Of a DNA stretch of 64,000 nucleotides, positions 33,370-42,647 are shown one piece after another. Origin of the DNA: an uncultured Alphaproteobacteria bacterium (GTDB lineage: Bacteria > Pseudomonadota > Alphaproteobacteria > Rs-D84); contig CATOOF010000002.1 in the NCBI GenBank assembly GCA_951801825.1, positions 100,441 to 164,440 on the forward strand, read 5' to 3'. Within the stretch, counting starts at the first letter, position 1, and every line of letters starts with the position of its first letter. Both the position numbers and the translations under genes were made by a program. The notes below the pieces were generated by a model that saw only the letters and a program-made list of their open reading frames with translations, made no database searches and was not told the DNA's origin.

Positions 33370-34434
33370 ATGATAATAGAACAGAAACTAAAAGATATTC
33401 AGGCGCGTGCCGAAGATATTGCTGCCCAGATGAATTCGGGCTCGGCTTCGGGCGAAGAACTGACGCGGCTGTCAAAAGAATATTCTCGTCTGGGGGAAAT
33501 TTTGCCGCTGATTGACGAATATTTTCAGACAACGCGCGGCATAGCCGATGCGGGCGAGATGCTGCATGATGAAGAAATGCACGCTATCGCGGCAGAACAG
33601 CTGGCTGAGCTGAATCATGTTCTGCCTGAGATAGAGCGCAGATTGCAAATTGCGTTGTTGCCGCGTGACGATGCGGACGACAACAGTGTGATTATGGAAA
33701 TTCGTGCAGGCGTCGGTGGCGAGGAATCGGCGCTGTTTGCGGGCGATTTATTTAACCAATACAAATCATATGCATTGCGCCAGGGATGGAAGGTGGAGGT
33801 TGTAGAAGAAAATGCCACATCCCTGCGCGGGTATAAGGAAATTATTTTTAAGATAGACGGCGCCGGTGCGTATGGCCGGATGAAGTTTGAATCCGGTATA
33901 CATCGTGTTCAGCGAGTTCCCGAGACAGAGGCGGGCGGTCGTATTCATACCAGCGCGGCATCTGTCGCCGTAATGCCAGAGGCAAAAGATATTGATGTCG
34001 TGATTGATGACAAGGATATTCGTATAGATATCTTTCGTGCATCGGGTGCCGGCGGCCAGCACGTTAACAAAACCGATAGTGCGATACGCATTACGCATTT
34101 TCCGACAGGGATTGTAGTAACCTGTCAGAACGAGCGCTCACAGCTGCAAAATAAAATATCTGCAATGGCGGTGCTGCGGTCTAAATTGTATGAAAAACAG
34201 CGTATGGAGCAAATGAATGCATCGAATGCATCACGCAAATCAATGGTTGGCAGTGGTGATCGCAGTGAAAAAATTCGTACGTACAATTTCCCAGAGCAGC
34301 GTGTAACCGATCATAGAATTAAACTGACGCTGTACAAGCTGGATGACATTTTGGCCGGTGGTACCGGGCTTGATGAAATGATTGATGCGCTTATTGCGGC
34401 CGACCAGCTGGAACAATTGGCGGGAATGGAATGA
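33370..34434 (+). CDS. prfA: Peptide chain release factor 1
   Basis: PET anticodon mimic (RVPETE), GAGGQHVNKTDSA, RSEKIRTYN. Confidence 0.97.
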   Translation: MIIEQKLKDIQARAEDIAAQMNSGSASGEELTRLSKEYSRLGEILPLIDEYFQTTRGIADAGEMLHDEEMHAIAAEQLAELNHVLPEIERRLQIALLPRDDADDNSVIMEIRAGVGGEESALFAGDLFNQYKSYALRQGWKVEVVEENATSLRGYKEIIFKIDGAGAYGRMKFESGIHRVQRVPETEAGGRIHTSAASVAVMPEAKDIDVVIDDKDIRIDIFRASGAGGQHVNKTDSAIRITHFPTGIVVTCQNERSQLQNKISAMAVLRSKLYEKQRMEQMNASNASRKSMVGSGDRSEKIRTYNFPEQRVTDHRIKLTLYKLDDILAGGTGLDEMIDALIAADQLEQLAGME

Positions 34435-34645
34435 ATATTTATTTTTTGTGATTTATTAAAATAAGTATCGGGCCCCGGTTAAAACGGGGCCTTTTTATAG
34501 ATCGCATAATATATTTATTTAAAGAATTTTCTGTTGGTTATATTTATGTCTTAAAGTTGTTCGTTATGAACGGGGAAGAGTGTCTTTTGGGGCTGTATTG
34601 TTTTTTAATTGGAATTTTTATGCGTTTTTGTGTATTATATAAAGT

Positions 34646-35218
34646 ATGGAAAAATCCGATTTAAATTTTAAGCCCGACATGCCGATAGTTATGGTTGGTC
34701 TGATGGGTGCGGGCAAGACCAGTGTTGGGCGCGCATTGGCGCGGCGTCTGGGGGTGCCGTTTGTTGATTCTGATAAAGAGATAGAGGCGGCGGCCGGATG
34801 CAGTGTTGTTGATATCTTCGCCATGTATGGTGAAAAAGAGTTTCGGCGCGTAGAACAGCGGGTAATCGCCCGGTTGCTGGATACGCCGCCGTTGGTAAAG
34901 GTTATTTCGACGGGCGAAGGTGCGTTTATCACACCTGCGGTGCGCGAAATGCTGGCGGGCAGGGCGTTGACAATATGGTTAAAGGCAGAGCTGGAACTGC
35001 TTGTTAAAAGAACAAATTTTCGTGATACGCGCCCTCAGTTATTAAATGCGGATAGTAAAAAAATTTTAGCCCAGCTTATAGATGAGCGCTATAAAACATA
35101 TGCCTTGGCGGATGTTATGGTGCAGACACGCGACGAGAGTTTGCGAAAAACGCTGGGGAAGGTGCTGGATGCAATTCAAAATCATGAAAACAAAAGGAAA
35201 AGCAATGGCAAAAAATAA
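34646..35218 (+). CDS. aroK: Shikimate kinase
   Basis: GLMGAGKTSVG, FVDSD-EIE, GEKEFR, STGEG, RPQL. Confidence 0.92.
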   Translation: MEKSDLNFKPDMPIVMVGLMGAGKTSVGRALARRLGVPFVDSDKEIEAAAGCSVVDIFAMYGEKEFRRVEQRVIARLLDTPPLVKVISTGEGAFITPAVREMLAGRALTIWLKAELELLVKRTNFRDTRPQLLNADSKKILAQLIDERYKTYALADVMVQTRDESLRKTLGKVLDAIQNHENKRKSNGKK

Positions 35219-35762
35219 TTTGTTAAAGGATTTTCGCGCGTTTATAGAACGTGGAAATGCAATAGATATGGCTGTTGGTATAATTGTCGGCAGCGTTATG
35301 ACCGGTGTTGTTAATTCGCTGGTAAAAGATATAATAATGCCACCAATAGGGTTGCTGATAGGCGGTGTTGATTTTTCACAATTGTTTATCGTTCTGCGTG
35401 GTGGCCAGGCCGGCGTTGTATATCCTACGATAGAGGCGGCGCAGGCGGCGGGCGCGACCACTATGAATGTCGGGGTGTTTATGAATTCCGTGGTCAGCTT
35501 TTTGATTACTATGTTTGCGATATTTTTGTTTGTCCGCGTGGTTAATAAAATGCGCAGTAAACAGCCGGTTACGGTTCGTGATTGTCCTTATTGTAAAACA
35601 TCGATAAGCAAGGCGGCGACAAAATGTCCGAACTGTTGTTCGGCGGTTGTGCCGGAAGAAGTAGAGGCGCCAAAGGAAAGCGAATTGGTAAAAGGTATAA
35701 AGGGATTAAAGAAAGTTGCGGGCGGTAAGATCTCAAAAGCATCCAGGGTTGTAAAAAAATAA
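35205..35762 (+). CDS. mscL: Large-conductance mechanosensitive channel with C-terminal Zn-ribbon
   Basis: FRAFIERGNAIDMAVGIIVG, SLVKDIIMP, C-terminal CPYC...CPNC. Confidence 0.93.
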   Translation: MAKNNLLKDFRAFIERGNAIDMAVGIIVGSVMTGVVNSLVKDIIMPPIGLLIGGVDFSQLFIVLRGGQAGVVYPTIEAAQAAGATTMNVGVFMNSVVSFLITMFAIFLFVRVVNKMRSKQPVTVRDCPYCKTSISKAATKCPNCCSAVVPEEVEAPKESELVKGIKGLKKVAGGKISKASRVVKK

Positions 35763-35786
35763 GCCTGTGCCATGCGCTATGGTTTC

Positions 35787-35813
35787 GCGGACGCCTGTGT
35801 GGCGTCCGCTTTT
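35787..35813 (+). terminator. Intrinsic terminator of aroK-mscL
   Basis: gcggacgcc-tgtgt-ggcgtccgc-tttt. Confidence 0.8.
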
Positions 35814-35909
35814 ATGTTGTGGTGCTGTTTGGTTGTGAGGTGGCCGGGGTTGGGGCTGCTGGGGCGATTTTTTGTGGTCTTTATATTTGTTGCGGGGCGG
35901 TACACATAA

Positions 35910-35937
35910 AAGGCGCATAATGTATATTATGTATAGT
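35910..35937 (+). other. dif site (XerCD chromosome dimer resolution)
   Basis: aaggcgcataa-tgtata-ttatgtatagt versus E. coli dif ggtgcgcataa-tgtata-ttatgttaaat: 20 consecutive identical nt, in a long intergenic region. Confidence 0.85.
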
Positions 35938-36522
35938 TTTGTTTCGTGTGGTGGAGTAATGGGGTGTTTTATGATTTTTTGAATACTTGATGTGGGTGTG
36001 TTCTTGCGTGATTTGTAATGTTTTTTTGTCTGCTGATGTACGATTGTGGTTCTGGTTTGAATTATTTTATTTTTTTGTTGTTATGTTATATTAATAATAC
36101 TGTTTAGCTGTTTGTTTAAAGTTATTAAATGTTTATTGGTGTTTGTTTTGGTTTGTGTAGCCTGGCCAATGGTGTTTGTTTGTGGTTGAATATATTAATG
36201 TATTATATTAAAATATTAAATTAATTGATTGATTGTATTTTAATATAAAATATTTTTATATAGTCGCCCTATTTTTATTGTTTTTTAGAAAAAATGGCGG
36301 ATTTCTGCGGTTTTTTGGTATTTTTATTACTTTGTTGCGTGGTTTGTATGTTTTTTAGACGGTTGTTTGGGTGTTTGTGGTGGGTTTGGCTTAGGTTCTA
36401 TGGGTGTATGTAATATAAATATAAAATGTATAATCATATTAATATAAATAAGTATTAAAGTATATTATTTGGTATTTACTGTGTTTATAGTTGATTTTTG
36501 GTTTTTCTGGCCTTAATATCAT

Positions 36523-37242
36523 ATGGTAATGAGACTGGATGTGGCGCTGGTTGCGCAAAAAATTTATCCTACGCGTGCAAAGGCCCTGGCTGCGATAAAG
36601 GCGGGGTTGGTTTCCGTTAATGGAACTGTTGCTAAAAAGCCTAGTCTGGCGGTCGTGGAAACAGATTCATTGGTGGGGGGCGCGTTGCCGTATATTTCGG
36701 GGCGCGGCAGTTTGAAGCTGGAACATGCGCTTGATGTTTTTGGAATTAATCCGGCGGGCCTGGCGTGTCTGGACGTCGGGGCCAGTACGGGTGGCTTTAC
36801 AGAGGTTTTGCTGTCCCGTGGTGCCCGGCGTGTTATTGCCGTTGACGTGGGAACTAATCAGATGGTGGCTGAATTGCGTGCGGATTCGCGTGTAATGTCG
36901 CTGGAACAGACAGATATTCGTGATTTAATCCCGCCAATGCCGGTTGATTTGGTTGTGATTGATGTTTCTTTTGTTTCGTTGGCTGATATTGTTGCGTGTT
37001 TGCCGCAATGGGGGGCAAAAAATGTTGTTGCGCTTATAAAGCCACAGTTTGAGGTCCCGCGTGCGGTTGCCGCCGCCGCGCATGGTGTAATAAAATCAGA
37101 ACAATGGCACCAGTATTCGATAAATCGTGCGATAGAGGCATTTGCGCGTTGCGGATATGTATGTTCGATGACCGAGCAGTCCCCTGTTCGCGGCGGCAGT
37201 GGTAATATTGAGTATCTGGGGCATTTTGTATACCGCGGATAA
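36523..37242 (+). CDS. tlyA: TlyA-family RNA methyltransferase (S4 + FtsJ-like)
   Basis: MRLDVALV S4 domain, YISGRG-LKL--AL, LDVGASTGGFT, DVSFVSL, LIKPQFE. Confidence 0.92.
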   Translation: MVMRLDVALVAQKIYPTRAKALAAIKAGLVSVNGTVAKKPSLAVVETDSLVGGALPYISGRGSLKLEHALDVFGINPAGLACLDVGASTGGFTEVLLSRGARRVIAVDVGTNQMVAELRADSRVMSLEQTDIRDLIPPMPVDLVVIDVSFVSLADIVACLPQWGAKNVVALIKPQFEVPRAVAAAAHGVIKSEQWHQYSINRAIEAFARCGYVCSMTEQSPVRGGSGNIEYLGHFVYRG

Positions 37243-37318
37243 ATTGTATTTTTCCTTGAACGCGGTGTGTTTTGCGTATATTATTTTGCATACATTATAT
37301 AAACCCAAGGATTAGAAA

Positions 37319-39715
37319 ATGGCGGACGATATCAAAAAAATAGCAGAGCGTGATGCAAAATGGCAGGGACGCTGGGCGGCGGCCCGTGCATTTGTGCCAA
37401 AAAATGACGGGAAAAAGCCTAAATATTATAATTTGATAGAGTTCCCATTCCCCAGTGGTTCTGGGTTGCATGTGGGGCATATGCTGCCCTATACTGGCAT
37501 GGATGTTATGGCGCGATTCCGCCGCGCCCAGGGGTATGATGTTTTATTTCCAATTGGGTATGATTCAATGGGGATTTCGTCTGAAAAATATGCGACAAAA
37601 ATTGGAAAGCATCCCAGCGAATCTGTGGCGGAACTGATAAAGATTTTTGAGCGTGATATATCCGTAATGGGGTTGTCTTTTAATCCGGAATCAAAACTGG
37701 CAACATCCGACCCGGAGTTTATAAAGTGGACCCAGTGGATGTTTATTCAATTCTTTAAGGCGGGCCTGGCGTATAAGTCTGAGCTGCCGATGAACTGGTG
37801 TCCGAACTGTCGCACCAATCTTACCAACGAAGAGCTGGAAGATGGCAAGTGCGAGCGCTGTCATGGGCCCGTTGAAAAGAAGATGAAGATGCAATGGAAT
37901 TTGGCCATTACCAAATATGCCGATAGGTTGATTGATGATTTGGCATTGGTTGATTTCCCGGCACGCGTAAAGACAGAGCAGATTAATTGGATTGGGCGCT
38001 CGGTCGGGGCTGATGTGGATTTTCGTGTCGGCGATGATATAATGACGGTGTACACCACGCGTGTTGATACTATATTCGGGGTTACTTTTTGTGTAATTGC
38101 GCCCGAGCATGCACTGGTTCAGAAATGGATTGCCGACGGTCGTGTGAAAAATGCGGATGCGGTTCGCGAATATATCGCCGCCGCCAAGGCAAAGTCTGAG
38201 ATAGAGCGTACAGACATAACGCGTGAAAAAACGGGTGTGCGCCTGGACGGAATTGTTGCAACAAATCCATACAACGGTCGCGAGATTCCGGTATTTGTTG
38301 CGGATTACGTACTGGCGGATTACGGGTTTGGTGCGATTATGGCGGTGCCGGCGCATGATGGCCGCGACTGGGATTTTGCAAAGAAGTTCGGGCTGGATAT
38401 AATTCCGGTTTTGGCCGGTGGCGATGCCGATGCGGTTTGGGAGGGCGACGGCCCGCATATCAATTCAGAATTTATGAATGGTATGAACAAGCACGATGCG
38501 ATAGAGGCCGCAATCAAGTACGGCGCCGAAAAAGGAATTGCCCGCGCAACGAAAAAGTACAAGTTAAAAGACTGGGGATTTTCGCGCCAAATGTATTGGG
38601 GCGAGCCTATTCCGCTGGTTCACTGTGAAAAGTGCGGATGGGTTCCGGTGCCTGAATCCGAGCTGCCGCTGATGCAGCCGTTTATGTCTGACTACAGGCC
38701 AACTGATGAGGGCGAAAGCCCGCTGGCCCGTGCAACTGAATGGGTTAATGTGCCCTGCCCGTGCTGTGGTGCGCCGGCGCGGCGTGAAACAGATACGATG
38801 CCGCAATGGGCGGGGTCTTCGTGGTATTTTCTGCGCTATATAGATTCGAAAAATAACGATGAATTTTGCAATCGCGCATTAATGGATAAATGGATGCCGG
38901 TTGATCACTATAACGGCGGTATGGAGCATACAACGCGTCATCTGCTCTATTCCAGATTTTGGTACAAGGCGTTGGCCGACTTGGGGCTGGTTCCCGGAAC
39001 GGAGCCATATAAAAAGCGCACCAGCAGTGGTCTGCTGATGGCCGAAGATGGCCGCAAGATGTCCAAATCATTGGGCAACATGGTGCCCAGCAGTGATGTT
39101 GTTGCGCGTGCGGGGGCGGATGCCTGTCGCATGACTATATTGTCCCTGGGGCCGTGGGACCAGAATGTGAACTGGTCCGAAGGAACATTGGCCGGGGTTC
39201 AGCGCTTTTTGCGCCGTGTGGAAAACATGGCGGGTAATTTAACGGATGATGTCATGACGCCGGAACAGGAGCGCCTGATGAATCAGTTGGTTTCCGATGT
39301 TACAGAGCGCATTGACGGCATGCGGTTTAATACGGCCATATCTGCGATGATGGAGTATTTAAATGCGTTTTCCGGGACGATGCCGCGCGCCGCGTACACC
39401 GCCCTGTTGCGGGTTTTGAATCCGTTCGCGCCGCATCTGACAGAAGAGATGTGGCAGCGGTTGGGTAACGAAGAAATGCTGGCGTTTTCGTCATGGCCAA
39501 CGTTTGATGCGGGCAAGCTTGCAAAGACAGAAATGACACTGGTTGCGTCTGTAAATGGAAAGCGTGCGGCGGAATTTAAAATGCCGGTGGGTGCGCCAGA
39601 GGCGGATATAATATCCGCGGCACAAAATGCCGCCGGTGCAAAGCTGGCCGGGGCGGATATAATAAAGACGATTGTCGTTCCGAACCGAATGGTAAATTTT
39701 GTTGTGAAAAAATAA
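37319..39715 (+). CDS. leuS: Leucine--tRNA ligase
   Basis: FPFPSGSGLHVGH, CP1 editing motifs YTTRVDT and GAIMAVPAHD-RD, KMSKS. Confidence 0.97.
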   Translation: MADDIKKIAERDAKWQGRWAAARAFVPKNDGKKPKYYNLIEFPFPSGSGLHVGHMLPYTGMDVMARFRRAQGYDVLFPIGYDSMGISSEKYATKIGKHPSESVAELIKIFERDISVMGLSFNPESKLATSDPEFIKWTQWMFIQFFKAGLAYKSELPMNWCPNCRTNLTNEELEDGKCERCHGPVEKKMKMQWNLAITKYADRLIDDLALVDFPARVKTEQINWIGRSVGADVDFRVGDDIMTVYTTRVDTIFGVTFCVIAPEHALVQKWIADGRVKNADAVREYIAAAKAKSEIERTDITREKTGVRLDGIVATNPYNGREIPVFVADYVLADYGFGAIMAVPAHDGRDWDFAKKFGLDIIPVLAGGDADAVWEGDGPHINSEFMNGMNKHDAIEAAIKYGAEKGIARATKKYKLKDWGFSRQMYWGEPIPLVHCEKCGWVPVPESELPLMQPFMSDYRPTDEGESPLARATEWVNVPCPCCGAPARRETDTMPQWAGSSWYFLRYIDSKNNDEFCNRALMDKWMPVDHYNGGMEHTTRHLLYSRFWYKALADLGLVPGTEPYKKRTSSGLLMAEDGRKMSKSLGNMVPSSDVVARAGADACRMTILSLGPWDQNVNWSEGTLAGVQRFLRRVENMAGNLTDDVMTPEQERLMNQLVSDVTERIDGMRFNTAISAMMEYLNAFSGTMPRAAYTALLRVLNPFAPHLTEEMWQRLGNEEMLAFSSWPTFDAGKLAKTEMTLVASVNGKRAAEFKMPVGAPEADIISAAQNAAGAKLAGADIIKTIVVPNRMVNFVVKK

Positions 39716-39739
39716 AAAAATCCCCCAACTGGGGGATTT

Positions 39740-40225
39740 TTACCATGGGCAAATATCTGCATACGTGCCGTTTCCCGATGTGTCGGAAAAGCTGAATCCT
39801 TTTGGTATATAGCATTCTTCCTGCTGGGTGGCGCCTGGGCCAGATGTTGTTCCAGGCGATGTGCATGCGGTGCATCCCGTGCATTGGGTTTTAAGGTTGT
39901 TTAATTTGGCGGTGCCGTAATAGCCCTGCCGACAGCGTGCCGTTATTGTTACAGAGCAATAATTGTTAACGCAGCCCTTGGTGCTGACCTTGTTGCATCC
40001 ATTGCCCATATTGCTAACAGTTTCGCCCGAACATGTTGAAGGGGAGCATTCCATTGGGTTTGGCGGCTCGAATTCGCATGGCGGACAGCATGTTGCGCCG
40101 TAATTCAGGCATTTCGTATTGTCTGTTTCGAGGGTGCACTTTATGCATGTAATCCCCAGTGCCACTGCGTTTTGCGTTAACATAAGGGTTGCGCCGATTG
40201 TGGCGATTGTTATACCGGTTTTCAT
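39740..40225 (-). CDS. Cys-rich secreted/surface protein (paralog of 28254-28862)
   Basis: Signal peptide, CRQGYYG, C-terminal CYIPKG---SD-SGNGTY---CPW; RBS aggag; start ATG 40225. Confidence 0.85.
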   Translation of the reverse strand: MKTGITIATIGATLMLTQNAVALGITCIKCTLETDNTKCLNYGATCCPPCEFEPPNPMECSPSTCSGETVSNMGNGCNKVSTKGCVNNYCSVTITARCRQGYYGTAKLNNLKTQCTGCTACTSPGTTSGPGATQQEECYIPKGFSFSDTSGNGTYADICPW

Positions 40226-40261
40226 TTGTTCTTGTCTCCTGCTCTGTTCTTTCTGCGAACG

Positions 40262-40472
40262 AAAAAACCACCAAAACATTTGGTGGTCAGGAGGTTGAGA
40301 ACAATCCTTAGAATTGTGCTGTTTATTCTATATACTCACAGCCCTCCTGACCCGGGCCAGGAGTTTGTTTATCGTCGTAATACTAAAACGGGCGCACAAC
40401 GGCGCGCCTTAAGATTCTATTCCGACGCTAAGGCAGAGGTTCTCACACCTCATTCGCGGAACACCCGCGAAC
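40262..40472 (-). promoter_or_regulatory. Structured leader/attenuator RNA, copy E3
   Basis: Promoter TTGTAT (40507-02), 17 bp, TATACT (40484-79); HP1 40453-71; HP4 40344-63; loop hairpin 40319-41; long-range pairs 40439-45/40296-302 and 40428-33/40306-11; terminator accaccaaa/tttggtggt + U5. Confidence 0.8.
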
Positions 40473-40543
40473 AAGATAAGTATAGCCTGTATGCGGTAAA
40501 AATACAAACGAAAAAATCCCGCCGTCGCGGGATTGTGATTTGA

Positions 40544-40990
40544 TTAGGATATTTGCTCTATTCTGCGAATGCGTCGCTCTATGTTATCAAACGGGCTTTC
40601 CAGGAATGTCTGAACGCAAAGATATGCCATTTCGATATCTATATCGTCCGCCGCCAGTGCCAAAACATTTATGTCATCGTGAAAGCGATCATCACGTGCC
40701 TGTTCCGGGCGGTCGCATCGCGAGGCTCTCAGATTACGGTAACGGTTTGCCGCAATCATAACGCCGGCGCCCGTGCCGCATATTGCGATTCCGCGTGCGT
40801 TTTTATCGTCGCCGATTGCATCGGCCAGACGTTCGGCCACATCGGGATAGTCGGCGGAAACACCGGGGTCATCAACGCCCAGGTTTACAACCATGTATCC
40901 GGCCGCGGTCAGCATTTCAATCAAATATAGCTTCAGGCCAACCCCACGATGGTCGGCGGCAATATATACTTTTGAAACGGTTTTATTCAT
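40544..40990 (-). CDS. rpiB: Ribose-5-phosphate isomerase B
   Basis: IAADHRG, ADYPD, ICGTGAG, ANRY---RA, HDDINVL. Confidence 0.92.
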   Translation of the reverse strand: MNKTVSKVYIAADHRGVGLKLYLIEMLTAAGYMVVNLGVDDPGVSADYPDVAERLADAIGDDKNARGIAICGTGAGVMIAANRYRNLRASRCDRPEQARDDRFHDDINVLALAADDIDIEMAYLCVQTFLESPFDNIERRIRRIEQIS

Positions 40991-41336
40991 CCTTTTTGTC
41001 CTTTCTTTTTGCCAGTTTGCATTCCAGGCCGGTATTGCCGGTAATGTTTATGGTTCTGTATGACAGTGTGCCGGACATTTTAGCCGCGCTGAACATGTTG
41101 GCGGTGCTGACGGTTGCTGGCCCGTCCAGTTCGCCATGTAGGAACAAGTTTTCGGCTGTAATCCGCCCAACAACGCGTCCGCCGCGCCCTATTACAACCG
41201 TGTCTGCCGTTATGTTGCCGTGCACAATTCCGTGAATTTGAACAATATGGTCGGTCTTGATGTCGCCGGTCAGGCTGCATCCCGCACCGATAATTGTAGG
41301 TGAATTTTTTTCCAAAGAGTTAGTAAATGCCAGCAT
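40983..41336 (-). CDS. Bactofilin (polymer-forming cytoskeletal protein)
   Basis: TIIGAGC-LTGDI...V-IHG-V-GNI-A beta-helix repeats. Confidence 0.9.
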   Translation of the reverse strand: MLAFTNSLEKNSPTIIGAGCSLTGDIKTDHIVQIHGIVHGNITADTVVIGRGGRVVGRITAENLFLHGELDGPATVSTANMFSAAKMSGTLSYRTINITGNTGLECKLAKRKDKKDE

Positions 41337-41339
41337 CTT

Positions 41340-42647
41340 TTATTCCTTTACAAATTTTGCCGGGTCGAATTGAGCGCCCTTGTATCTGATTTCGTAGTGC
41401 AGGTGTGGCCCCGTACTGCGTCCGGACGAACCGCCCAATCCCACAACCGTTCCCGGGCGGACCCAGTCGCCGCGCGACACTGTTATCTGGGACAGGTGCG
41501 CGTAAAGAGTTGTAAATCCAAGGCCGTGGTCTATTTCCACTGTTGTTCCGTATCCAACGCGTTCCCCGGCCGATACAACACGGCCCGGCGCCACCGCCAT
41601 CAGTTCGGTTCCGATCTTGCCTGCGAAGTCAATGCCGCGGTGACGTTTTTGCTTGCCGTCAAACGGGTCTTTGCGCATGCCATAGTTGGATGTAATGCGC
41701 ATTTGCTTTACCGGTGCGCCGATGGGCAGTATTGTATGCAGGCGTGCCAGACCATGCCACAATTCCAAATCATCGGCCAGTTTTTGATATTTTGGATCCA
41801 ATGATTTGTCTATTTCCAGCGGGCTGAACGCGGCCCCGACCAGCGGGTTTGTATATTTGTTGGCTTTTGCGACCAGGGCGCGCTCGCTAAGGCCCAGTGT
41901 TGCAATCGTGGCGTTTATTTTCTTTAAATCGCGGCGTAATTCTTCTGTTTTGTCGGCGGCCAGGGCGCTGACCGTGTCAATTATTTCAGTGTCGGCCGCG
42001 ACAACAGCCTGCATCGATTCCACAATTGCCGCATTGCGCTTTTTCAGCTCTTCATTTTCAGAGCGGGTCAATTCATATTCGGCCGACAGCTCAGATAATT
42101 TTGCATATTCCGGCGTATACTCGTCATCGGTAAAGATTTCAGATACGCGCGTGCGCAAAAAGTCCAGTTCGCCCCACGTTTTTAAGCGTGCGTTTATAAG
42201 GTTTTCTTTTTCTTCGTCGCTTAACTTTTTGGCGTTTAGTATTTTGTCATCGGTTACGTTCAAACTGCGCGTCAAATCGTTAAATTTTGCCAGATATACC
42301 TGTAAATCTGTCATTTGGCGGGCATGCTGGGCACGGGCCTGCTCCAGTTGCTGGGTGCGCTTTTGCAACAGCGGGCGGTGGTATATGAATACATATGTAG
42401 ACCATGCGGCCCAAATGAACAGGCCTATTTTGCCGCAGAATTTGGTAAAGCGCCAAAAGCTGCTCTGCTTAAATGTATAAACGTTCCCGCGCGGGGTGTC
42501 CATTACCGTAAATTCGCGCGGTGGGAAAATACGTGAAATGATGCGCCAAATTGCCCGGAATGGCGATGTTATCAACGCCCAAAGAGATGTAAAATGTCTT
42601 GTAATAAAGTTTATCATTTCAACCAAGTGTAGACAATGCGGCATCAA
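41340..42647 (-). CDS. M23 family peptidase with TM and coiled coil
   Basis: HRGIDF, TTLYAHL, GRSTGPHLHYE; directly upstream of the bactofilin gene. Confidence 0.93.
   Translation of the reverse strand: MMPHCLHLVEMINFITRHFTSLWALITSPFRAIWRIISRIFPPREFTVMDTPRGNVYTFKQSSFWRFTKFCGKIGLFIWAAWSTYVFIYHRPLLQKRTQQLEQARAQHARQMTDLQVYLAKFNDLTRSLNVTDDKILNAKKLSDEEKENLINARLKTWGELDFLRTRVSEIFTDDEYTPEYAKLSELSAEYELTRSENEELKKRNAAIVESMQAVVAADTEIIDTVSALAADKTEELRRDLKKINATIATLGLSERALVAKANKYTNPLVGAAFSPLEIDKSLDPKYQKLADDLELWHGLARLHTILPIGAPVKQMRITSNYGMRKDPFDGKQKRHRGIDFAGKIGTELMAVAPGRVVSAGERVGYGTTVEIDHGLGFTTLYAHLSQITVSRGDWVRPGTVVGLGGSSGRSTGPHLHYEIRYKGAQFDPAKFVKE

Noticed and set aside
34499-34525. Second dif-like sequence agatcgcataa-tatat-ttatttaaaga
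   Set aside because: The central region is 5 bp rather than 6 and the XerD arm is imperfect; 35910-35937 is a much better match.
35580-35645. Zn-ribbon on MscL as a novelty
   Set aside because: C-terminal CPxC...CPxC extensions occur in many MscL homologs.
40983-42647. M23 peptidase-bactofilin gene pair as a new system
   Set aside because: A known conserved cell-shape module (for example Helicobacter csd1/ccmA, Hyphomonas lmdC/bacA).
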